From the NCBI GenBank assembly GCA_977017645.1, contig OZ360224.1, forward strand, positions 141,608,001 to 141,672,000: DNA of 64,000 bases, in the 5' to 3' direction. Source of the DNA: Torpedo marmorata (taxonomy: Eukaryota). Below are positions 40,760 to 53,929 of this stretch, one piece after another (position 1 is the first letter of the stretch; each line of letters opens with the position of its first letter). Below the pieces are notes generated by a model. That model ran no database searches. It was not told the DNA's origin and worked only from the letters and a program-made list of their open reading frames with translations. Both the position numbers and the translations under genes were made by a program.

Positions 40760-41063
40760 AGAGGCCAAGGCCAAGGCCAAGTCAAGTTTATTGTCATCTG
40801 ATTGGACAAGTACAACCCAACAAAACAGCGTTCTCTGGTCCTTGGTGCAAAACACGCAGACACACAACCAGACATAACACACATACAGACAAACAATACA
40901 TATGCAGGACAAGTATTCATCAGTACAAATAAATAAATAAATATTGTTCATGAATATGAGAGTCTCGGATGGTTAGTGTGACCAGTTCTTTTGGTTTTTC
41001 AGCATTCTCACTGCCCGTGGGAAGAACCTGATCTTCAGCCTGGTGGTGCTGTCTCTGATACTG
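40760..41063 (-). mobile_element. Rex1-like LINE 3' end
   Basis: Reverse complement of the family seen at 51500-51650 (CAGCACCACCAGGCTGA, ACTAACCATC, GACTCTCATATTCATG). Confidence 0.8.
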
Positions 41064-41954
41064 TGAGGAGCCGAAGTGCCCACTACAACGTTGTGCGCCA
41101 CCATTATATTTCCCCCTTTCAATTTCCCCTTTCTCATTTTTCACACATGCCTTCATGACCACCATTTCCAGTGTTCTTTTATACAGGCAGCAAGGATCCC
41201 AGCTGAGGCAAAACCTTCCTTGTTTGCATCTGCTGGAATGAGTTGCGTGTAATCTTCTCCTGCAAGCAGATTGACCAGAATCAACGTTAGGACAAGAAAG
41301 AATCTTAGAAACTGGATCCATTGGTCTTCCTTTTGATGTGCAAATCATGTGTGGAAGTGGTTTTGCCCAGTCTAGATTGTGCTGCCAGTGGTTTCCAGGT
41401 GAAGTTGTGGCCATCAGGAAATTGGTCCAGGCACTTCAATGGGCAACTCAAATGTTTTCCTGGTGTGGGTCATGCACATTATGAGGTCAAAGGTCAAGCA
41501 GGAGACTTTTGTCATCATAAATTGGAGCTTTTGAGTTGTAATCTATGCTATTCATTGTTCAATCACAGTACAACTGTGCTATCTTGTAATAATTGTCTCT
41601 ATTTCAAGGGACAAGCTACAAACAATGGGAGTCCTTTGGAAGTCAATGCAGGTTGGCCATGTGCCTTCCAGAGTTAACAGATTTTGCTTTAGCTAACAAC
41701 GAATGCTCCCCAGCAGCTAGCTGCTGAGATATTCATTCCATGAGCGCCGCAGTGCTGACACTGCTGGAAGCTCTCCATTTCCAGTTGAGGCATGGTAGGA
41801 TCTGCAGCAATGCCAGCATCTACCACACCAGTGCCAATTTTGTCTGCAAAATGAAGCATCTACGTGAGGATATATTTAATAATTTATAACAGAAAAAATA
41901 AGTAAGACAAATATCAGAGATCATAATATTTTTTGGTTACGTTACATAGCTCGA

Positions 41955-42440
41955 TGGCCCTGGTGGAACAGCACCTGGAATACTGCGTATGTCTGGTCTT
42001 CCTACCTAAGGAAGGATACTCTTGCAATAGAAGGAGTGCAGCCAAGGTTCACCAGATTGATTCCTGGGATGGTGGGTTTGTTGTAAATGGAGAGATTGAG
42101 CATACTGGGATTTTCCCCTCTAGAGTTTAGAAGAATGACACAAATAGCACAAATTTGCTTCAGGGCTTGGCAGGGTAGATACGGGAATCATATTTTCACT
42201 GGCTTGAGTGTCCAGCACTGGGGGGGGGGGAGGGAGGGAGGGGTGGTCATAGACTGAAAATAAAAGGTGTGTCATTGAGGACTGAGAAAAAAAGAAATTT
42301 CTTCCTGAGTAGGTAATGAATCTTTGGAATGTTATAACTAAAGATGGCCATGGAGGCTGAGTCACTGAGTATATTCTAGAGTTTGGTAGATTTTTACATA
42401 TTCAGGGAATTAAGGATATAGGGTTAGTACAGAAATGTAG
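41955..42440 (+). mobile_element. Old CR1 LINE 3' fragment
   Basis: GCACCTGGAATACTGCG...GGTTCACCAGATTGATTCCTGGGATG...TAGAGTTTAGAAGAATGA. Confidence 0.75.
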
Positions 42441-42904
42441 AGTGGGCATGAAAAGCGATTTCAAATGTTCTTAATGTTTTTATGTTCTAGTCTCTTTCCT
42501 TTTTAATATCTTATATATATATATTTGAAAGTTCTAGTGCTATCTCAGTGTCCCATCTCAGCTGCTGTCTTATTGCTGGAAGACTGTTCTCTTTCCCTTT
42601 ATGTCTTCATGGATGTTTTTGATGACCCATGAGGACCTTTTACCATGGATGATTTGGCCTCATACTACTGGGCCAGAGTCAGCTGAATGACTCCTCTGGT
42701 GTGGCTGGCTGCGTGGCATGGGAGAACCTGCTGCCTGATTGGTCTGGTGGGAAGGTGAATATGTGCCCTCGTGGGAGGGCAAAGGACATCTATATTCTGG
42801 ACCTACACATCAAGTGATCTTTCTGGGGATGGGTAGACAGTGACCCAGAAGCCTTTAGGTCCCAGACACCCAAGCATTGTTTTCTGGTTCTGCAACTAAG
42901 CTAG

Positions 42905-43045
42905 TTAGAACCATAGAACACTGCAGCACAGAAACAGGACCTTCAGCCCATCTAGTCTATGCCGAACTAATCCCATTGACCTGCACCCGGAACGTAGCCC
43001 TCCGTACACCTCCCATCCATGAACTCATTCAAAGTTTTCTTAAAT
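42905..43045 (-). mobile_element. CR1 tail fragment
   Basis: TAGAACCATAGAACACTGCAGCACAGAAACAGGACCTTCAGCCC matches the reverse complement of 40420-40545. Confidence 0.75.
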
Positions 43046-43059
43046 CTTTGGTTTCTGGT

Positions 43060-43960
43060 TGGCAGATTCCGACACCTGGTCTCTGGTGTTCCCATTTTCC
43101 TTCTTGGTGCAAACTCCATGTGCATCTGCACATAGTGAAAGGTGCTGTAAGTGCTGGTGCTGGGAAGGTACATGCACCACCACTCTTGCAGATGAGGTTG
43201 AAGTTCCTCCATGTAATTTCTCTGCTTTTGCATCAGATTGATCTGTTTGCAGGTAGCATCATCCTGCCCGTGCGGGAGAGTTCAACTGTCCATATGCCAC
43301 ATATCTCTGCTCACACAGAACATCAAGCTCCTCATATGCTTGTTTCCTGGAACACTGCAAGCTGCTCATGCGCAGCATCACTTGATGGAGGCAAGCTTTT
43401 CACCAATGGCATCTCGCTGCTCATAGAGAACAGTAACCAGTTCATTGAGCTATTTCCCAATGGACTTCCCTGTTGTTTTAGAGGTTCAAAGTGTTGCAAG
43501 ATAGCAGAGACTAAACCTCTAATTGGATCCGGAGGAGGAGAGAGATAATGATGATAAGAGTGAGCAAAATGTGCCATTGAACCAGACATTCCAGAGCACC
43601 ACCTCAGAAAATTGCACTATGATAAGGTTACGGGTGGGATTGTTGGAAGCAGGCAGAATTCACATGGTCTCCTCAGTAGCTGTCAACTGTATAAACCCTG
43701 AAATAAAATTGTGCCTGGTCCTTAGGGTTATGTTCATGGTCCCCTGGCTTTGCATAATTTCCTGTGAGAGCTCGGGGATGGGCTCCTCCCTATTTCACGT
43801 CATCTCCTGCATTCTATGAGGCAAACATGATAGCTTGCAGCCATATTGCTGCATGCCCATATAACTCTTGTTGTGGTCCTCACAAGAGTCCTCTGAGACA
43901 GCACATCAGTGTGAACACTCCTCTGGTGAGGATCTGCATCAGGTACCGTGTAACCCACTC
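43060..43960 (-). mobile_element. Possible degenerate Harbinger Myb/SANT-like ORF remnant
   Basis: Minus-strand fragments ECRR* and IQLTATEETM resemble QCRKRW and LTPxEExV motifs of such proteins. Weak. Confidence 0.3.
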
Positions 43961-44117
43961 ACTAGTGCTCTGTTTATATTCCTGTGGCGTGCTACCCTCT
44001 CACCTCATTATGGTGCCAGTCCGTGAGGTGAGGTGTCAGTCACAATTATATCATCGACAACATCACCCCTCTCCTCTTCCACTTCTATAGACCCTCTATG
44101 CCAGGGGTGGCCAACAT

Positions 44118-44208
44118 TTTAATTTTTAATTTAGACATACAGCATGGTAACAGGCCATTTCGGCCCACGAGTCCGTGCCGCCCAATTAACCTACACCCCC
44201 GGTACGTA
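44118..44208 (-). mobile_element. V-SINE 3' fragment
   Basis: TTTAGACATACAGCATGGTAACAGGCCATTTCGGCCCACGAGTCCGTGCCGCCCAATT matches 25705-25790. Confidence 0.85.
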
Positions 44209-45193
44209 CTCGTGGGACTACATTTTTAATTTAGACACGTTTACCATATCAGAAGACCTGCAATGACAGAAGCACATGTTTCACTTGTATCAATGGCTAA
44301 TAACCTTTCATTGTGATGGCGAAGAACTGATAGTAATGAAAGCTTTCACTGGTGATTGAACCAAAGGGGGGTGGAGAATCTCAGTGAGAGAGTGTCAGTG
44401 AGTGGTCCCTCTGTCCGTGAGATGCAATGTAGTCTTCTCCAAAGATGTTAGACATGAACGTGGACAAGACGAATGAGATGATCATGGACTTCAGGAGGAC
44501 CAGGTACAACTACTCTCCACTACACATCAACAACTCTGTAGTAGAGAGAGTGGAAGCATCAAGTTCCATGGAGTTCACTCAACTCACAGAAGATGCTATA
44601 GCCTTGACCCAACACTCCGTCCTGACCCACCTGGAGAATGATGCCTCATACGCTAGGCTGCTGTTCATTGACTTCAGCTCAGCATTTAATATGATCATTC
44701 CCCAGAGGCTGGTGAAGAAGCTGTCCTCGCTGGGTTTCAACACCCCTCTCTATAACTGGATCCTGGACTTCCTAACGTAAAGCCTACAGTCTGTCAAGCT
44801 CAGTAGCAGAACATTGAGCACCATCACGCTGAGCATTGGCGCACCTCAGGGCTGTGTGCTCAGCCCTCTCCTGTTCATGCTGCTGACCCACGACTGCATC
44901 GCCAGGTCCAGCTCCAACAGTGTCATCAAGTTTTCAGATGACACAACAGTAGTTGGCCTCATCAGCAACAACGATGAGTCACACAACGGAGAAGAGGTGG
45001 AAAATCTCGTGAAATGGTGCGAGAGTAACAACCTATCAACATGGTCAAGATGAAAGAGATGATCGTGGACTTCAGGAGGACCAGGAATGACCACCCTCCA
45101 CTACACATCAACAACTCTGTAGTAGAGAGTGTGGAGAGGACCAAGTTCCTTGGAGTTCACTTAACTAGTGACCTATCGTGGACACTCAACATC

Positions 45194-47193
45194 AACTGCA
45201 CATCAAGCCACTGTCTCCAACACCATCTCCGACCTCATCACCTGCGGTCACCTCCCCTCCACGGCCACCAACCTCATTCTCCCCCACCCCCGCACTGCCC
45301 ATTTCTACCTTCTACCCTAGATACACAAACCCAACCATCCGGGCAGACCCATTGTTTCTGCCTGCTCCTGCCCCACCAAACTAGTTTCATCTTACCTTGA
45401 CTCCATCTTTTCTCCCCTGGTCCAATGCCTCCCCGCCTACATCCGCGACACCTCACATGCCCTCCATCTCCTCAATGACTTCAGATTCCCTGAACCGGAC
45501 CGCATCATCTTCACCATGGATGTCCAATCCCTTTATACCTCTATCCCCCACACAGGTCTGAAAGCACTTCTCTTCTTCCTGGACCAAAGACCCGACTAGT
45601 CACCCTCTACCACCACCCTCCTCCGCCTGGCAGAACTTGTCCTCACTCTCAATAACTTCTCCTTCAACTCATCCCACTTCCTCCAAATCAAAGGAGTAGC
45701 CATGGGTTCCCGCATGGGTCCCAGCTACGCCTGCCTGTTTGTGGGCTTTGTGGAGCAATCCATGCTGCAAGCCTACACAGGCAAGACCCCTCATCTCTTC
45801 CTCCGGTATATCGACGACTACATCGGGGCTGCCTCATGCACCCGCAATGAGCTTGTCATCTTCATCCACTTCGCATCCAACTTCCACCACGATCTCAAAC
45901 TCACCTGGTCCATCTCCGATAACACTCTCCCCTTCCTGGATCTTTCTGTCTCCATCTCAGGAGACAAGCTTTCCACCGACATTTACCACAAACCCTCCAA
46001 CTCCCACAACTATCTGGACTACACATCCTCATACCCTGTCCCCTGCAAGGATTCCATCCCCTTCTCTCAATTTCTCCGCCTCCGCCGCATCTGTTCCCAA
46101 GATGAAGTGTTCCACTCCAGATCTTCTGAAATGTCTGCCTTTTTCCACAAACGTGGCTTCCCCTCCACCACCATCAACTCAGCCCTCACCCGCATCTCCT
46201 CCATTTCCCGCTCATCTGCCCTGGCCCCCTCTGCCCCCAGACACAACAAACATAGAATCCCCCTCATCCTCACCTACCACCCCACCAGCCTCCGCATCCA
46301 ACACATTATCCGCCGGAATTTCCGTCACTTACTACAGGATCCCACCACCAGACACATTTTTCCTTCTCCTCCCCTCTCGGCCTTCCGTAGGGACCGCTCC
46401 CTCCGCGATTCACTCGTGCACTCGTCCCTCCCCACCCATCGCATCCCCGGAACCTTCCCCTGTGCCCGCAGGAGGTGCAACACCTGCGCCCACACCTCCC
46501 CCCTCACCACGGTCCAGGGCCCCAAACAGGCCTTACAAGTGAAACTACACTTCACTTGTACATCCAGAGGACTTATTTACTGCATCCGGTGCTCCCTTTG
46601 TGGCTTTCTCTACATCGGAGAGACCAGTCGTAGATTGGGAGACCGCTTTGCTGAGCACCTCCTCTCCGTCCTCAACAACAGCGACCTCCCAGTAGCCAAC
46701 CATTTCAATTCCGGGTCACACTCCCACACTCACATGTCTGTCCATGGCCTTATGTACTATCCCACCCAGACTACCCGCAAATTGGAGGAACAACATCTCA
46801 TTTTCCGTCTAGGCACTCTCCAGCCAGATGGCATTAACATTGACTTTTCTGCTTTCCACTAAACCTGCTTGTCGTTCCCTTCCCCTCCCCCTCACCTGTC
46901 CTTCCTGTTTTTCTCCACCTACCCAGCCATCCCTCCTCCCCCTCTTTGCTGCTGTCCCCTCCCTCCTTTCTCCACCTATCATCTCCTGCCTTTGCCACCC
47001 CCCTTCCCCCCTCACTCTTTTGTTTGGACGCCTGCCGGCCTTTTCTCATAATTTGATGAAGGGCTCAAGCCCGAAACGTCGGTTATGTATCTCTACCTAT
47101 GCTACATAAAAGACATTGTTTGACCTGCTGAGTTTCTCCAGCATTTGTGTTTTTTACTTCAATCACGGTGTCTACAGATTTTCGTGTTTTACT
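45194..47193 (+). mobile_element. Penelope-like retroelement, 5'-truncated, with 10-bp TSD
   Basis: ORF 45702-46862 has RT motifs (MGSRMGPSYAC, RYIDD) and GIY-YIG (GLIYCIRCSLCGFLYIGETSRRLGDRFAEH). TSD ACTCAACATC at 45184-93 and 47194-203. Confidence 0.95.
47047..47087 (+). ncRNA. Minimal hammerhead ribozyme at the Penelope 3' terminal repeat
   Basis: CAUAAU-UUGAUGA-A-GGGC-UCAA-GCCC-GAAA-CGUC-GGUUAUG, where the flanks CAUAA and UUAUG can form stem I. Confidence 0.75.
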
Positions 47194-47424
47194 ACTCAAC
47201 ATCTCCTCACTTGTCAGCAAGACTCAACAGTGACTGCACTTCCTGAGAAGACTGAAGCGGCAAAGGCTACCGGCCACCATTATGTAAACCTTGTATAGGA
47301 GCTCTATCGAGAACATGGTGGCCGGCTGCATCACAGTGTTGTATGGTTGCTGCAGAGAAATGGATCGGAGGTAAATCCACAGGACTATAAGAGTGGCATA
47401 GAGGATCAATGGAGTCTCCCTCCC

Positions 47425-50400
47425 TTAAAGGTAGATATAGCTTTCTTACAAGAGACTCATTTGATAGATTTGGAACATCAAAAATTAAAAAGAGAGTGGG
47501 TTGGCCATGTGGTGGCTTCTTCATTTAATTCTAAGGCAAGAGGTGTAGCTATATTAGTTAACAAAAAATTACCCTTTAAGATACAATCGGTAGTTACAGA
47601 CATAGCAGGAAGATATGTTTTGAGACACTGTCAAATTTATTCAGAATCTTGGACACTTATGAATTTATATGTGTCAAATCCAGATGATGAGCAGTTCATT
47701 CAAGATGACTTTTTGCATTTGTCAGATGCTAATGAGAATATTTTAATTGGGGCAGATTTCAATTGTTGTTTAGATTCAATAATGGATAGAACCTCGATAT
47801 CATCTGTTAGAGCTAAAATTGTGAAAAAAGTTCTTAGTTTGATGAAAGACTTAAACTTAATAGATATTTGGAGGAGATTGAACCCTAGGGAAAAAGATTA
47901 TTCATTTTACTCTTTTAGACATGATTCATATTCTGGAATAGATTTATTTTTATTATCATCACAGGTTCAAGATAGAATAACGCAAGTATCTTATAAAGCG
48001 AGAGTAATCTCTAATCACTCACCTTTGTTATTGTCTTGTATAATTCCGGAAAAAGAAAAAACTATATATAATTGGAGATTTGATTCGTCATTATTAAAAA
48101 GGAAAGATTTTTGTGAATATATAAGAAGAGAAATTCAGGAATTTTTACGAATAAATGTTAACTCTATTAATGATAAATTTATAGTGTGGGAAGCTTTAAA
48201 AGCTTATTTAAGGGGCCTAATAATAAATTATTCAGTTAAAATTAAGAAAGATTATCTTAAGGAATCAGAAAAATTGGAGAAGGAAATTGAACTTATGGAG
48301 AAGGATTTACAGAGAAATAGATCAATTCAAAAAAGAAATTGTTTAATAGGGAAGAAATTACATTATAATTTGTTGCAAACATATAGAATGGAAAAATTAA
48401 TTGAGAAAACTAAACAAAGATATTATGAATTAGGAGAAAGAGCACATAAGGTTTTGGCATGGCAATTGAAAAAAGAACAAGTTTCTAAAACTATAAATGC
48501 TATAAGGAAGAAAAATACTGGAGAAATAACTTATAAACATCAAGAGATAAATGAATCTTTTAAAGACTATTATCAGAATTTATATAGATCGCAGATTGAT
48601 CAAGATGATTCTAAAATTAATAGATTCCTATCTAAAATCATATTACCTAAATTGAATATTCGGAGTAGTGATTCTTTAGATTTGCCTTTTACAATGAGGG
48701 AAGTTAGTGAAGTTTTTTCTTCGTTGAAGAGTGGTAAATCTCCGGGTGGTGATGGGTTTTCATCAGAATTTTATAAAGAATTTAAAGATTTATTGATACC
48801 TCCATATATTGAAGTACTAGATCAAATTACGGAAACTCATTCATTACCGAAAACATTTTTAAATGCTATAATTACAGTTATACCAAAGAAAGATAGAGAT
48901 GTATTAAAAACTGAATCACATAGACCTATTTCATTATTAAATGTAGATTATCAAATAATGGCAAAAATTCTAGCAAACAGAATGGCTAAATATTTGCCAG
49001 ATTTGGTACATATAGATCAAGCTGGTTTTATTAAAAATAGATATTCAAAGGATAATATAGCTAGATTAATTAGTTTAATTAGTTTGCATAAAAAGAAACA
49101 AGATTTACCATTAGTTGTAACATTAGACGCTGAAAAGGCTTTTGATAGATTAGAATGGAATTTTTTATTTAAGGTATTAGAAAAATTTGGTTTTGGAAAT
49201 ACATTTATAAATTGGATTAAAACTATATATAAAGAACCATCAGCTAAAGAAATTACAAATGGACAAATATCACCAAAATTTTCTTTGACACGTTCTACGA
49301 GACAGGGATGTCCCCTGTCACCAGCTTTATTTGTTTTGGCGATAGAACCCTTGGCTCAATTAGTTAGAAAAGATCCTAAAATAGTGGGTATTAAAGTTGG
49401 TATGGAAGAACATAAGATTAGTTTGTTCGCAGATGATGTATTGATATATATGACAAAATCTATTATATCACTTCAACAACTATCTATTATATTAAGAGAA
49501 TATGGTGAAATATCTGGATATAAAATTAATTCGGATAAAAGTGAAATGATGGCTTTATCTCACGGTGATTACACTAGATGTAAAGAAATTACACAATTTA
49601 AATGGGCTAAAGAAGGAATTAAATATTTGGGGGTTAAGGTTGATACAAAATTGGAAAATTTATATAAATTAAATTATCTACCATTATTTCTGAAAATAAA
49701 GAAAGATTTAGAGAATTGGAAAGATTTACCCATAAGTTTAATGGGAAGGGTAAATTGTATTAAAATGAATATTTTTCCAAGAGTTCAATATCTTTTTCAA
49801 TCAATTCCTTTTGGAATTCCTCAAAATTTTTTTAAAGATTTCAATTTTATTATTAGGAAATTTTTATGGAAAGGAAAGTTAGCAAGAGTAAGCATGGAAA
49901 AGTTAACCTGGAATTATGAGTTGGGTGGATTGCAACTTCCTAATTTTCAAAATTATTATAAAGCAGCTCAATTAAAATTTGTCAATGAATTTTTTGATTC
50001 AACTAAATCTTCTGCTTGGATTAAAATAGAATTAAATAATATAGGAGAAAATCTTAAAGAAGAAATTATTTATAAATGGGATTCTAAATTAATATTATTA
50101 AAAAGAAAAATTCACCGATTATTAAACATTTGTTAGAAATATGGGGTAAGACGGATAAAGAGATAGGTGGAAGAGGATTAATTTCTTCAAATATGCCATT
50201 ATATCAAAATGGACTTATATCATTTACTGTTAATAATCAGTTACTTAAAATTTGGTTTCAAAAAGGTATTAAGAAGATTAATGATTGTTTTGAAGGTGAA
50301 AAATTTATTACGTTTCAAAGAATGAAAGATAAATTTAATATACCAGATAATACATTTTTAGCTTATTATCAAGTTAAAGCTTTTTTGACTGAGAAATTAG

Positions 50401-51387
50401 GTTATGCTTTGATTTTACCAAGACAAAATGAATTAGAATTATTAGTTACTAATGGAGAAGTTAATAAATTTATTTCTCAAATGTATAAATTGTTTCAGAG
50501 GAAAATGCCCAAAATTGGATTGCATAAATCAAGATTAAAATGGGAATTAGACTTAAATGTAAATATAGATGAAAATCACTGGAAAGATTTATGTAAGTTA
50601 AGTATGACGAAAATTATTAATGTTAGATATAGATTAGTACAATATAATTTCTTTCATCAATTATATTTAACACCTAAAAATTAAAGAAATTTAATCCGAC
50701 ATTATCAGGACTATGTTTTAGATGCAATAATGAGGAAGGTTCTTTTGTTCATTCTACATGGTTTTGTCCAAAGATTCAAGATTTTTGGTTGAAAGTTAAA
50801 AATTTTTTAGATAAAATATTTAATATTACATTTCCAATAGATCCTATGTTATTTTTATTTGGAGATATTAAAAAATTTAGTATTAAAAATAAATTAAATA
50901 TGTTTCAAGTAGAATTTTTACGAATTGCTTTAGCTGTTTCGAAAAAATGCATTGCTATTACTTGGAAATCTGATTTAGATTTAGGATTAGAAAGATGGCA
51001 TGCAGAGCTCCGTTCGTGTATACCACTGGAAAAAATTATTTATAATTTACGTAATAAATATAATTTCTTCTTGAAAATTTGGAGCCCATATATGAGAGCT
51101 GTGGGTTTAAGGATCTGAAGATCTCTAGATATCGGATCTACTGGCATACTTGACCTCCGTAATAGAATTAGTTTATAGATGATATTCCCCTTATTCTATC
51201 TTTTTCTTTCTTTCTTTTTTCTACTTTTACTTTTATTTTATATTACTAGATTAGTGGGGATGGGGGGGTTGGGGAGGGGAGGGAGGGTGGGGGGGGGTGA
51301 AAATATATCACATGTATTTTGATAATTTTATATTTTATCTTATGTATTTTGTGATTTAAAAGTTTAAATAAAATTTAAAAAAAAATA
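47425..51387 (+). mobile_element. L1-clade LINE with nearly complete ORF2 (APE endonuclease, RT, C-terminal Cys motif), frameshifted, 17-bp TSD
   Basis: FLQETHL, GADFN, SNHSP, KSPGGDG, DAEKAFD, RQGCPLSP and FADD motifs. Frameshifts near 50100 and 50680, G-rich 3' UTR and A tail. TSD AATGGAGTCTCCCTCCC at 47408-24 and 51388-404. Confidence 0.96.
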
Positions 51388-51657
51388 AATGGAGTCTCCC
51401 TCCCCCCCATTGACGTGATCTACCGAGATCGTTGTCTGAAGAGGGCGTGCAAAATAATTGAGAACCCTGCACACAGCATCTTTCAGCTGCTCCCATTGGA
51501 AAGAGATACAGGAGAATCAGAGCCAGCACCACCAGGCTGAGAAACAGCTTCTTCCCACAGGCAGTGAGAATGATGAATGACCAAAAGAACTGCTCACACT
51601 AACCATCAGAGACTCTCATATTCATGAAACAATATATATTTATTTATTTATAAAGAT

Positions 51658-51789
51658 CAGTGCTTTTCAAACTTTTTCTTTCCACTCACATACCACCTTA
51701 AGTAATCCCTTACTAATCACAGAGCACCTATGGCATAGGGATTACTTAAGGTGGTATGTGAGTGGAAAGAAAAAGTTTGAAAACCTCTT
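51658..51789. mobile_element. Palindromic MITE (hAT/Charlie-like)
   Basis: Perfect 47-bp inverted repeat (51664-51710 and 51737-51783) with a 26-nt loop. Begins CAGTGCTTTTCAAAC. Confidence 0.8.
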
Positions 51790-52059
51790 CATGACAGCCA
51801 GGTGTGAGTTGCTGCGATCTGCTGCCATGCAGAGTCTTTTGCCTTTCTGTGATTTCTAGGAAGCAAAGTATTTTGGTGAGGTCCCATCTGCAACTGTGCA
51901 GGTGTGTTTTATCATTGACAAATACAGCATGGAAAAAGTCGCTTCAGGATCCCTGAACCCACACTAATCATCAACCAACTATTTTCACTGATCATATCAT
52001 AACCCTATAATAACCTTTTTTTTTCCTCTCAATTTGCCCCTGGTTTTAGCAATCATTCA

Positions 52060-52255
52060 GGCGCCAGAGGCAATTTACAGGCCATTTAACCTAAAAACCC
52101 ACATGTCTTTGGGATGTGGGAGACAGATTATTCTAACCCAGGTTAAACTCATGTGGTCATAGAGAAAAAAAGAAAACTCCACACACACAGCATCCAAGGT
52201 CAGGATTGAACCTGCATCTCTTGAGGCAGCAGTCTATTAGCTGCACCGCAGTGTG
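52060..52255 (-). mobile_element. Old V-SINE remnant
   Basis: ATGTCTTTGGGATGTGGGAG...AAACTCCACACACACAGCATCCAAGGTCAGGATTGAACCTG. Confidence 0.7.
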
Positions 52256-53929
52256 GCCTCCTGCACAGTTCTGCACGATAGCACTGCTTCCATTGTATTG
52301 TCGGCCAATTTCTTAAAAGCTTGTGCAGGATCCAAGTGGGCGTTAGTTGCCCACAGGATTAGGGTACCAACAACGGGTGAAATTCTAAGGAATAAAAGAG
52401 GTCACGTTTCTGATTTCATGTTCCTGGCAAAGAATTCCATCTTCCTTGAGTGCATATGAGAAATTCAAACACATATGGTGCATAATCTTTCAAGCATTGA
52501 TTTAAATGTGCTGATAATCTTTTCCCATCTGTGCAGCCAGTGGGCGAGAATTCCATCAGGGATCCCAAAGTTAGGAAATTGCCCCTTATGAGAAAAGATG
52601 CGTGTGTATGACCAAAATTCCCAGACTTGTAACCATCTTATGTAAGTGCAATAGCACGCAGGAGGGAGGCCTCTTGTGTGGGCAGCATGCTTGATGTTTG
52701 TGGCTAACCACATTCAACAGGTCATAGGGCTACAATCCAGAATGCCTTTGTGATACATTTGGAAAGTAGATGAACAGTTTTACAGGGCTGGACACTGTCA
52801 GCCTGGGATACTGTACTAAGTAAGCTCTGAGGAAGACAGTGCAGTAACACTATGCAAAAGGTGAGAACATTTACTGTGCTAAACTTAACAGAAAATGTTT
52901 CCTTCATTTACTCCCAGGCACATTGCACTTATGAAGCAATATTAAGTCAGGCTAAGTTGGTGGTACTCTTGAATTGTGTGTGACCTTCAGCTTGAAATGG
53001 ATTCACTATTCTCTGGCACACTTCCTGACAAAGCACTGCATGAGCAGCATCTGGGAAAGCTGCTGTTCTGGAAATTGTTCCAGCCTCTTTAATGTTTGCA
53101 AAAAATGACCATTTATTTGTGATTAGCAGCTCTTTAAGAATTCTTGCTTGGAATAGTTTGTCTCCTGAGCCTTGTGCATAGTGCACTGCATCATGGAGAA
53201 CTACACTTTTACCTGATTTAACTGATCTTGTAGAGTGATAGCTCAGCACAACCCAAACACATGAAGCACAAAAGCTATGATCTTGGTGTCACCATAGTAT
53301 TTTGAGTCCATTTATGTTCAACTATTTTGTAAAAAGGTATTTTAATTTCAAATTGTCAGTACTAAAATTGAAAATGACTTAGCACTTTTTAAAAGTATTT
53401 GTTTTGCACAGAACAACCATTTTTTTTTGTGTGGCTGCTGATGCTTCCTGGCAATATGCTGCACAATAAATTTTGAATGGGTTCAGAAGGCAGAGATTCC
53501 CATTTTCATGAGGAAAATAAATACTGAGGGATTGAAACTCCACATTTGTAAACTAAGTATTCAGTGTCAGAGTTTATCATTGTAACTTTTTCATAATTTT
53601 ATGAAGTACCAAGTGAATTAGGAGCAATGTAAAATCTAGAACACTGATGACAGTGATATTGTGAACAAAAATATAAAAGTAACTTTTACGATGAAGAATT
53701 ACTTTGTGTCAATATTTACCAAAGTGGTAGAGGATACAATGCTTTAATATTTCCTGCAATTAAATAATGAATCAGGGATAGGAATTATTGGAAACAACAT
53801 TATTGTATTCAATAAAATAATTGCATAAAGGATATACAAATCCCATGGATTTTAAGCGTAGATGAGAACATGGCAAGCACCTTAATTTTCTAACATTCTC
53901 GTGATTTGGGAATTACTTCACTGTTTAAG

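Larger units (their letters stand above)
44450..51650 (+). mobile_element. Rex1-like LINE split into three pieces (44450-45193, 47194-47424, 51388-51650) by Penelope and L1 insertions
   Basis: [24 protein letters not shown] and KFSDDT motifs. Sequence reads continuously across both TSD-bounded insertions. Confidence 0.88.

Noticed and set aside
47347-47424. N-terminus of the 929-aa ORF as a fusion gene
   Set aside because: Chance in-frame read-in from flanking Rex1 sequence across the TSD into a 5'-truncated L1.
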